A DNA stretch of 61,232 nt, from positions 1-61,232 of the forward strand of contig JAKZUJ010000032.1 of assembly GCA_047516685.1 (NCBI GenBank), given 5' to 3'. This document shows, in pieces, positions 36,747 through 43,959 of this stretch (positions within the stretch are counted from its first letter, which is position 1; each line of letters begins with the position of its first letter). A model generated the notes under the pieces. That model made no database searches. It saw only the letters and a list, made by a program, of their open reading frames with translations, and was not told where the DNA came from. The stretch comes from Chloroflexota bacterium. Lineage in GTDB: Bacteria > Chloroflexota > UBA11872. The translations under genes and the position numbers were made by a program.

Positions 36747-36941
36747 AACGAGGAAGAAAACGGCCGACGCGCCGATCGTGAAGTTGAACGTCAGCCGGTC
36801 AATGCCGCGCCGGGCGTGGAAGGAGGAGCTGTCACTGCCGCCCAGGGCCGATCCCATGCCGGTGTTGCGCAACTGAATCAACACCGCGGCGATCACAATG
36901 AGGGACAAGACCAACTGCGCCAACTGTAGAGGGGCGTTCAT
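36720..36941 (-). CDS. secG: Preprotein translocase subunit SecG
   Basis: Internal ATG 36941 of ORF 36720..37103 gives MNAPLQLAQLVLSLIVIAAVLIQLRNTGMGSALGGS...FNFTIGASAVFFLVSILAAVLQ. This is 73 aa with two TM segments and a central G/S loop. Confidence 0.75.
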   Translation of the reverse strand: MNAPLQLAQLVLSLIVIAAVLIQLRNTGMGSALGGSDSSSFHARRGIDRLTFNFTIGASAVFFLVSILAAVLQ

Positions 36942-36945
36942 TCGT

Positions 36946-37977
36946 TCAGGACGTCTCCGTGGATGCCGTCGGAGCGGCGCGCATGGCCATGGTGGCCGCG
37001 ATGTCGATGGCCATCTCCATACTATCCGCCCGCGCAATGCCCTGCCCGGCAATGTCGAAGGCCGTGCCGTGATCCACGCTGGTGCGGATGATCGGCAGGC
37101 CAACGGACACGTTCACTCCGTCGAAAAACCCGGCCACTTTCACTGCTACGTGCCCCTGGTCGTGATACATCGCCACCACGCCGTCGAACACTCCGTTGCG
37201 GGCGCGATTAAATACCGTATCGCCCGGCTCGGGCCCGGTGACGTCGATGCCGTCCGTCCGCGCGTCTTCCAGTGCCGGCCGAATGAACGCGTCGTCTTCG
37301 TGGCCAAAGAGGCCGCCTTCGCCGGCGTGCGGGTTCAATCCGCACACGGCCAAACGCGGCTTCTCAATGGCCATCATCCGCAACGTCTCGTCCAGAAGGC
37401 CGATCACATGGCGCACGTTCTCCCGCGTGACGCGGTTGATGGCCTCGCGCAGGGACACGTGTGTGCTGTTGTGAATAACCCTGAGTCCTGGCGCCACCAG
37501 CAACATGCGGGCGCCGGGCGAGTCGGTCAGGTCGGCCAGCAACTCGGTGTGCCCGGCGTAGTGATAGCCGGCCTCGTTGATCGCGGCCTTGTTGATCGGG
37601 GCGGTGACCATGGCGGCCACGCGGCCATCGAGTGCGAGCTGCGTCGCTGCAATCACCGCCTGCGCCGCGGCGGAGCCGGCCAGCGCACTCACCGATCCCA
37701 CCGGTAGCTCTTCAAGGTCGTGACCCCAGGGGTCATACACCTGGATGTCGTCCGTATCCAGGTCCAGCTTGCTCGGATCGGCGGCGATGACGTTCGTGCC
37801 GACAGCCTCGGCGGCCCGACGCATGGTTGGCAGATCCCCAACCACCAGCGCGTGACAGACGGCACTGACCTTCGGATTCCGTAGGGCCTTGGCCGTGATC
37901 TCGGGTCCGACGCCCGCGGGGTCGCCCATGGTGACGGCAATAAGCGGGCGCTGGTCCGCGGACATCAAGCCCCGCAT
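36946..37977 (-). CDS. PdxA-family NAD-dependent 4-phospho-hydroxyacid dehydrogenase (PdxA2-like by context)
   Basis: Motifs: IAVTMGDPAGVGPEI, GHTELLA, NPHAGEGGLFG and IRTSVDHGTAFDIAG. It is adjacent to a DUF1537 kinase. Confidence 0.85.
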   Translation of the reverse strand: MRGLMSADQRPLIAVTMGDPAGVGPEITAKALRNPKVSAVCHALVVGDLPTMRRAAEAVGTNVIAADPSKLDLDTDDIQVYDPWGHDLEELPVGSVSALAGSAAAQAVIAATQLALDGRVAAMVTAPINKAAINEAGYHYAGHTELLADLTDSPGARMLLVAPGLRVIHNSTHVSLREAINRVTRENVRHVIGLLDETLRMMAIEKPRLAVCGLNPHAGEGGLFGHEDDAFIRPALEDARTDGIDVTGPEPGDTVFNRARNGVFDGVVAMYHDQGHVAVKVAGFFDGVNVSVGLPIIRTSVDHGTAFDIAGQGIARADSMEMAIDIAATMAMRAAPTASTETS

Positions 37978-38023
37978 ACGATTCGCTGCCGCCGGGCCGG
38001 GCGTCGGCTGCGCAGGAGTGAAG

Positions 38024-39256
38024 TCACGCTGCTCGCTCGAGCGGGCGGCACAGGCGCTGAAATGCGGTAATCAAGGCGTCAGGTCCTCCCATCGTTCCGC
38101 CCTTGGTGACGACGGACGCGATCTGGCGCGTTCCGCACAGCGCGAGGCCCGCGGGTACGCCCCACTCAATTTCTTCCAGCACTTCAATGGAGTCCACCTC
38201 AAGGCCGCCAAGACCAGCTCGCGCTGTATCGCCACCGGTAAGGATTAGTCCCAGGGAGTCGAGAGCGTTGGTCAGCGCGACGCACAGTTCACCGACCAAT
38301 GCTAGCTGCCGTCGCCGTTCGGCCGACCGTGGCGCTTCGCCCTCAAGCGTTGTGTCAAAAATCACGGCGCGCTCGGCCGGCCGATCCGAGCGCATCTCGC
38401 GGACCGCGACTTGAATGTCCTCGCTGCTTCTGATGCGTAGGAGCCGCGCGCTTCCCGTGTTCAACGCGCGTTCGATCTGCGCTTGCGTGTGCGCGCTCGG
38501 TGTGCCGACAACCGCGGCGACATGGGCCGACCGCGCCAAGCCGTGGGGTGGAGATACATACGGATCCGGTCGGGCCAGATGCTCGGCGAGACCGGCGGAA
38601 CCCGCGCAGATACGCCCGCTGGCCGTCGCACGCAGCGCCCGCGCGATGGCGCATAAGTCGTCGTTGGTTTCAACGTCCGGCGCCAGCACGTCAATACCGG
38701 ATTGGTCCGCACTTGTCAGCGCCGCGACCAGGACGTCGTGACCGCCGCGCACGACGTCAAGCGGTACGGATTCAACCTTCAGCTGGGCGCTGTCCAGCAA
38801 GAGCGTTGGGATGTGGGACTCACTGACTGGCGAAAGCACATCGCGGCCTGGCGCTGTTTGAGCTATCGGGACGCCGTCAAGCCTATGGATGCCGCCAATT
38901 GTGGTACGACCGCCTGCTGGAAAGGCCGGGGCGAACACGATTGGATCGGCGCCTGCGGCGTGACGCAACACTCGCAACTCCGCGCCGACGTTTCCGCGCA
39001 GCAGAGAATCGGTCTTCTTGTACAGCCGCCGTTGCGTTCCAGGCCGCAGGGCGCGGAACGCGGCCTGAACTTGTGCGGCGGCCGTCTCGGCCGATGTGTG
39101 CCTGGTCTCGGTGCTCATGGCAACGACCCGGCCGTCCGCAGGCCAGACGCCGGATCGGGTCGAAACGAAGGCCTGCTGTCCGGCCTTACGGAACTGGAGT
39201 GCGGTGTCTAGCGCGCCGGTCAGATCGTCCGCGATGACGGCCCAGCGCTCCGCCAC
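38024..39256 (-). CDS. Four-carbon acid-sugar kinase family protein (DUF1537)
   Basis: A GTG start abuts the upstream stop. WAVIADDLTGALDTALQFRKAG is the characteristic N-terminal motif. The C-terminal nucleotide-binding half carries GGDTA. Confidence 0.8.
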   Translation of the reverse strand: MAERWAVIADDLTGALDTALQFRKAGQQAFVSTRSGVWPADGRVVAMSTETRHTSAETAAAQVQAAFRALRPGTQRRLYKKTDSLLRGNVGAELRVLRHAAGADPIVFAPAFPAGGRTTIGGIHRLDGVPIAQTAPGRDVLSPVSESHIPTLLLDSAQLKVESVPLDVVRGGHDVLVAALTSADQSGIDVLAPDVETNDDLCAIARALRATASGRICAGSAGLAEHLARPDPYVSPPHGLARSAHVAAVVGTPSAHTQAQIERALNTGSARLLRIRSSEDIQVAVREMRSDRPAERAVIFDTTLEGEAPRSAERRRQLALVGELCVALTNALDSLGLILTGGDTARAGLGGLEVDSIEVLEEIEWGVPAGLALCGTRQIASVVTKGGTMGGPDALITAFQRLCRPLERAA

Positions 39257-40531
39257 TCAGGCCACCAGAGGCAGCGTGTCCGGTGCGTGCGTCAGAATCC
39301 CAACCCGAGGCGCTGCGCCATTTTTTCGTGCGACGACCGCAAGCGCGGTTTCCACGTCCGGCGCCGTATCGAAGCCAAGCGCCGCCGCTTCGTGCGACGC
39401 AATGCCATCGGACACCAGCACGACGCTCGCGTAATCGCGAACTCTGGCCCAAGCCACGGCAAGCGAGGCGGCCACACGGTCGCTGATCTCGTTGCGCTGG
39501 TAGCGGCGCAGCAGCGCCTCGGCCGGCTGCGCGGTGTATTCCAGGATTTCCGGATGGGTGACAGCCACGCCTTCCGGACACGGCGTGACCACGATGATGG
39601 TTCCACCGGGCCGCACCATGAGCATTGCCGGATACAGGCTCTTGTGGGCCTGCCAGAACTCGATATCGCATGGATGTGACCCGGCCACCACCGCGTCCAG
39701 GCCGGCGGGGGTGCGGACGCCGTAGATGCGCCGGGCGTCGGCCACGGCCCGCCGATAGGTGGGACGGGTTGCGCCGAAGTGGGCGGTAACGATCTGGCCG
39801 TCGGCGTTGAGTGTCACGTTCAAGACGTGCGTCATGCCGCAGCGTTCCGCGATGAGCTCCATTTCGGCTCGTACGGGGGTATCGATCCGGCCCAGCAAGG
39901 GCGTGCGTGCTCGGGCGCTGAACATGTGTGTCGCGGCTGTCGTGGCTGCGCCCGAGACGCCAGGTTGCACGATCTTGGCCCCAGCCGAGAATCCCGCGAT
40001 GTGGTGTGGCACCACGGCGCCTGTCCCGATGACGATGTCGGCCTCAAACAGATGCTCGTTCACCTCGATTGGCGTGCCACTTGGCGTCACCCCCAGGTTG
40101 CGTAAGGGCGCCGTGCGGTGGTCGTGCTGCATTACCTCAACCCGCGCCAGCACCTCGGCCCCGACTTTGTGCCGGATCTCGCTATCGGTCATTGGCCGGT
40201 GGGTGCCCAGCGCGATCATCACGAGGATGTCGTCGGCCTCGAGTCCAGCCGCCTCCAGGTCGTCAAGGATCGGCGGCAGCAGCAGGTCGGCCGGCGTTTC
40301 GCGCGTGATGTCGTCGATGAGGATTAACGCGCTGGCTTTGCCGCGAGCCGCTTCGCGCAGCGGTATCGACTCGATCGGGTTGTCCAGCGTCGCCCGCACG
40401 AGCGCCTGGGGATCGTGCGCTGGCCGCGTCGGAAGCGGCGCGTATATGCCAGTGATCTCGACGCCCGCGCTGCGAACGGCCAGCGTGCCGTCGCCGTATG
40501 GCAGTTCGATTGTGCGGGTCATGCTGGCCAA
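39257..40531 (-). CDS. LarA-like nickel-pincer-cofactor-dependent 2-hydroxyacid racemase/epimerase (DUF2088)
   Basis: LIDDITRETP (DxTR), ALGTHRPM (His), VVPHHIAGFSAGAKIV (His...GFSxGxK tether Lys) and ATHMF correspond to the LarA catalytic and cofactor residues as I recall them. The start is TTG 40531 or ATG 40522. Confidence 0.75.
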   Translation of the reverse strand: MASMTRTIELPYGDGTLAVRSAGVEITGIYAPLPTRPAHDPQALVRATLDNPIESIPLREAARGKASALILIDDITRETPADLLLPPILDDLEAAGLEADDILVMIALGTHRPMTDSEIRHKVGAEVLARVEVMQHDHRTAPLRNLGVTPSGTPIEVNEHLFEADIVIGTGAVVPHHIAGFSAGAKIVQPGVSGAATTAATHMFSARARTPLLGRIDTPVRAEMELIAERCGMTHVLNVTLNADGQIVTAHFGATRPTYRRAVADARRIYGVRTPAGLDAVVAGSHPCDIEFWQAHKSLYPAMLMVRPGGTIIVVTPCPEGVAVTHPEILEYTAQPAEALLRRYQRNEISDRVAASLAVAWARVRDYASVVLVSDGIASHEAAALGFDTAPDVETALAVVARKNGAAPRVGILTHAPDTLPLVA

Positions 40532-40543
40532 GGTTGCGGTGCG

Positions 40544-41368
40544 CTAGGCGGCGACCACCGGGTTGCTGAGCACGCCCACGCCCTCGACCTCAATTTCAAC
40601 TACGTCGCCTGGCGAGAGCGCGGAGGGTCCGGCGGGCGTACCGGTGTAGATGCAGTCGCCGGGGTTCAGCGTGATGCCCTGCGAGGCATAGGCAACCAGG
40701 GCCGCCACGCTAAAGAGCAGGTCGGAGGTGTTGCTGTGCTGCAACTCCTGACCGTTCAGCCGGGCCATGATATCGAGGTTCGTGGGATCGAGATCGGTGG
40801 CAATACACGGCCCGAGTGGCGCAAACGTGTCCATTCCCTTGCCCATCAGCAGAACGCCGGTGGCCATTTCCTTGAACTGCAGGCCCCGGGCGCTGACGTC
40901 GTTGCCGCAGCTATAGCCCAGCACGTAGTCCAGCGCGTCGTCCTCGGACACCTGTCGACAGCGTTTCCCGATCACCGCCACCAGCTCGGCTTCGTAGTGC
41001 ACTTCGCCAAACGGGTCCTGCTGAAGGTCTGGGTCGGTCATCGACTGCGTGAACTTCGCCGGATCCGGCAGCACGATGGGTGCGCCGGGACCGGTGATGG
41101 CCGAGGTGGGCTTCATGAAGAGCATTGGAAACTTTGGAATGGCGTCCTCGTCGTGGCCTTCCAGGATGTGGGCCAGATAGTTGGCGCCCACTGCTATGAC
41201 GTTGCCCGGATCGACCGGCGCCAGCAGCTCCAGGTCGTTCACGGCGCCAACCTGCGTGCCGACCTCGTACTCGCCAAACATGTCACCGGTGATCGCGTAC
41301 ACCGCGCCCGTTTCCTTGAGTGACCCGAGGGCTGGTCCGGATGACGTGGCGTAGCGAACGAATTTCAT
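40544..41368 (-). CDS. Fumarylacetoacetate hydrolase (FAH) family protein
   Basis: ORF 40544..41554, trimmed to ATG 41368 (MKFVRYATSSGPALG...). Motifs: FMKPTSAITGPGAPIVLP, YEAELVAVIGK, GYSCGNDVSAR and GDCIYTGTPAG. Confidence 0.85.
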   Translation of the reverse strand: MKFVRYATSSGPALGSLKETGAVYAITGDMFGEYEVGTQVGAVNDLELLAPVDPGNVIAVGANYLAHILEGHDEDAIPKFPMLFMKPTSAITGPGAPIVLPDPAKFTQSMTDPDLQQDPFGEVHYEAELVAVIGKRCRQVSEDDALDYVLGYSCGNDVSARGLQFKEMATGVLLMGKGMDTFAPLGPCIATDLDPTNLDIMARLNGQELQHSNTSDLLFSVAALVAYASQGITLNPGDCIYTGTPAGPSALSPGDVVEIEVEGVGVLSNPVVAA

Positions 41369-41429
41369 GCGAACTGTCCGACTCGTGGTAAGCGCGACAA
41401 GCCGGAGGCTAGCACGGCACTCCCCGGCG

Positions 41430-42206
41430 TTAGAGGTCGAAGAACCGCACCAGTTCGGCGCGCAACTCGTCGGGCGCTTCCAGGCTCGGCCAGTGTCCAA
41501 CGCCGTCCAGCGTGAAGACTTCGGCCCCCGCCAAGCGGGCAGCCAGAATCTCAACGTCGCCGCCGCTCACGAACGGGTCATTAGACCCGCTGACGAGTAG
41601 CGATGGCGCGTTGCCAGCGCTTGCGTCCTCCAGCAACACGCGGCGGGCGCTGCTGGCCAGGCACCCGGCAATCAGGTCCGCATCCACGGCGGCTGCGTCG
41701 TCGCGCAGGGCGGAAAAGTGCTCCCCGGCCAGGTCCTCCACCAGACCCTCCCGCAGCCAGGCCTCGACTGTGGCCGCCCCCCAGCCGTTGGACTGGACAT
41801 CATCGCTTCGTTCCAGGGTCGTCGCTGGATTACGGTCAAAGCCCGCTGTCGACACGAGCGCAAGCCGGCTGACGTGACTCGGGAAGCGAGCAGCGAAGCT
41901 GAGGGCGACCAGTGCTCCGTACGCGTGCCCAACGATCGGTAGCGCCTCGGTGTGGCCGTGGGCGTGCAGGACGCGATGAACCAGTGTGGCCGCGTCAGCG
42001 AGGTCGCCAGCGAAATCCCCGCGTGCGCTCGCCCCAAACCCGGGCAAATCCAGCACGAAGGCCCGGCAGGTGTCCGTCAACCCTTGCGTAACGAGGTCCC
42101 ACGTCACGCCTCCAGGCCCAACGCCGTGGATGAACAACACCGTGGCGGCGCCGGATCCCCGCACGTCCAGCGAGATATCGCGGTTTTCGACGGTGATCAG
42201 GGGCAT
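41430..42206 (-). CDS. Alpha/beta-hydrolase-fold protein with Ala at the nucleophile position
   Basis: VLFIHGVGPGG (oxyanion region). The nucleophile elbow reads IVGHAYGALVAL, where GxSxG is expected. The later Asp (SGSNDPFV) and His (GVGHWPSLE) are retained. Confidence 0.75.
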   Translation of the reverse strand: MPLITVENRDISLDVRGSGAATVLFIHGVGPGGVTWDLVTQGLTDTCRAFVLDLPGFGASARGDFAGDLADAATLVHRVLHAHGHTEALPIVGHAYGALVALSFAARFPSHVSRLALVSTAGFDRNPATTLERSDDVQSNGWGAATVEAWLREGLVEDLAGEHFSALRDDAAAVDADLIAGCLASSARRVLLEDASAGNAPSLLVSGSNDPFVSGGDVEILAARLAGAEVFTLDGVGHWPSLEAPDELRAELVRFFDL

Positions 42207-42210
42207 AAGG

Positions 42211-42864
42211 CTAAGGTCCGCCGTTCAACTCAAAGGCGTCAGCGTTTGCAATATAGGGCAGGCCACGAAATCTGCCATCCAGATCGAGGCCGTAGCCAAC
42301 GACGAAAACGTCCTCGATCTCGAACCCGACCCAGCGGGGAGTCACGTCGATCAGGCGCCGTGAGGGCTTGTCGAGCAGCGTTACGACTTCGATCGAGCGC
42401 GGATGCCGCGGCTCCAGCACGTCCAGCGTGGCCGCGAGCGTGCGGCCCGTATCGACAATGTCCTCGACGATTAGCACATCCTGCCCGGCGATGTCGCAGC
42501 CAAGGTCCTTGACGATTCGCACCTGGCCGCTCGACTCGCGGCCCTGGTAGGAAGTCAGCGCCAGCGACTCCACTCGGTGCGGGGTGGTGAGGACACGACT
42601 GAGATCCGCCGCGAAGATGAACGCGCCGTGCAGCACCAGCGTCAGAATTGGTTCACGGCCTGCGTAGGCCGCCGAGATCTCCGCGCCGAGTTCACGAACG
42701 CGGCAGGCAATCGCATCGGCTGGGAAGACCGTTGGCAATCGAACGTCGGACTGACTCGCTATGTGCGTCGCTGCGGTTGTCACGCGTCCGTGTGCTGCCT
42801 CGGTGATCCAGGACCGCTGTGGTCCGGTGACGACGTGCGGAAGTCTGCGGAGTTTTCCACTCAT
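42211..42864 (-). CDS. hpt: Hypoxanthine(-guanine) phosphoribosyltransferase
   Basis: DVLIVEDIVDTGRTL (PRPP motif), LLDKPSRR and GYGLDLDGRFRGLPYI. The start is uncertain: ATG 42864, GTG 42783 or a TTG further in. The long N-terminal part of ORF 42211..43089 looks non-coding. Confidence 0.8.
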   Translation of the reverse strand: MSGKLRRLPHVVTGPQRSWITEAAHGRVTTAATHIASQSDVRLPTVFPADAIACRVRELGAEISAAYAGREPILTLVLHGAFIFAADLSRVLTTPHRVESLALTSYQGRESSGQVRIVKDLGCDIAGQDVLIVEDIVDTGRTLAATLDVLEPRHPRSIEVVTLLDKPSRRLIDVTPRWVGFEIEDVFVVGYGLDLDGRFRGLPYIANADAFELNGGP

Positions 42865-43105
42865 GCCGCAAATCGAACGCGCCGTTGCCTCCGGTACGGC
42901 GGGGCCTTGCATTGCGCCCACGCACCAGGCCACGACGGCAGGATCGACGCTTGGAATCGGCAACAGTGTTCTCGGTTCCGAGCTTAAGTTGCCTGAACGC
43001 GCAGTAATCGTCTGACGACTTGGTCGGCTGCCGCCAGCGCCTGCAGGCCGTGCGGGACGAAGTTGCGGGCGCTTAAACGAGGCAACCACCGGGCCTGTCG
43101 GCGAT

Positions 43106-43423
43106 CTAGGTTTTGCCGCCTATGTGCGCCGTGCGCTTTAGATCGTCGAGCGCGCGCCTTGCCTGTTCCAGCGTCGAGCGAGCCGCCGCGCGGCCGCGGT
43201 GATACTGGACGACTGGCGGAAGAATCCGTGTTTCCACCACCGTGTCCACTCGCTCGCCGGCCCGCTCCAGCTTGACGGCCGCGCGCCGCAGGCCACGTCG
43301 CACATTCACGGTGGACTCCACAATGGCGATGGACGCTAGGACCCCGGCCACGAAAACGGCCAGCCCAATCATCAGCCCCTGGATCACCAGGATGATGATG
43401 GCGATATCGCGTACGGCTTCCAT
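43106..43423 (-). CDS. Small membrane protein, DUF948-like (tentative)
   Basis: MEAVRDIAIIILVIQGLMIGLAVFVAGVLA gives a TM segment followed by a charged helical tail. It is a paralog of the ORF at 43672..43956. Confidence 0.5.
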   Translation of the reverse strand: MEAVRDIAIIILVIQGLMIGLAVFVAGVLASIAIVESTVNVRRGLRRAAVKLERAGERVDTVVETRILPPVVQYHRGRAAARSTLEQARRALDDLKRTAHIGGKT

Positions 43424-43671
43424 CAGGCCCGGCTTCGGCGTCCCCGGCTGCGCCGGCGTCGGCCGCCGCGCGAACGCGGCGAGCGACGTTGCACCGCCGC
43501 TTCGGCTTGGCTAGCTGCTTCCTGCGCCGCGCTACGGATGGCGCTCAGCCGTTCGGGCAGCATTTCCAGCACCTTCTGGGCACGCTGCGGCGCCGCGATC
43601 GTTCCGATCGCGCCTCCGACAAAGAACCCAAGGGCTGCGCCAACAATTATCCAAGCCATGGTCGAGTCCAC
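43423..43671 (-). CDS. YtxH-like small membrane protein (tentative)
   Basis: WIIVGAALGFFVGGAIGTIAAP is Gly-rich and hydrophobic. It is followed by a helical A/E/Q region and an Arg-rich tail. Confidence 0.5.
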   Translation of the reverse strand: MDSTMAWIIVGAALGFFVGGAIGTIAAPQRAQKVLEMLPERLSAIRSAAQEAASQAEAAVQRRSPRSRGGRRRRSRGRRSRA

Positions 43672-43956
43672 TCAGGTCCACCAGCGCAGGGCCATCTGAA
43701 GAACCCGCCGGAACTTCTTGAGAGCTCCCGAGGTTGAAGTGGCGCCGTCCTTGACCACCTCACTCACGAGATCCGTGGTCTCACGCACGGTGTCCACGGT
43801 CTCCCGGGCTGACTGGATGATCGGTGTGACGTCGGCCCGAATCGCGGCCAGCAGACGCCAGACCAGCATGCCGGTAATGAGTAGAACCAGCGTGGTGACG
43901 AGCGCGACCGCGGCCAGTACGACCACCGCAATGTCGCGAACACCTGCCAGGTCCAT
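43672..43956 (-). CDS. Small membrane protein, DUF948-like (tentative)
   Basis: MDLAGVRDIAVVVLAAVALVTTLVLLITG gives a TM segment followed by a helical tail (ARETVDTVRETTDLVSEVV). Confidence 0.5.
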   Translation of the reverse strand: MDLAGVRDIAVVVLAAVALVTTLVLLITGMLVWRLLAAIRADVTPIIQSARETVDTVRETTDLVSEVVKDGATSTSGALKKFRRVLQMALRWWT

Positions 43957-43959
43957 TGA

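Noticed and set aside
42790-43105. ~250-320 bp between the DUF948-like gene and the hpt core, considered as a possible purine riboswitch or extra gene.
   Set aside because: No purine-riboswitch-like conserved loops were recognised by eye. The in-frame N-terminal extension of hpt has non-coding-like composition. It is left unannotated, and a covariance-model scan would settle it.
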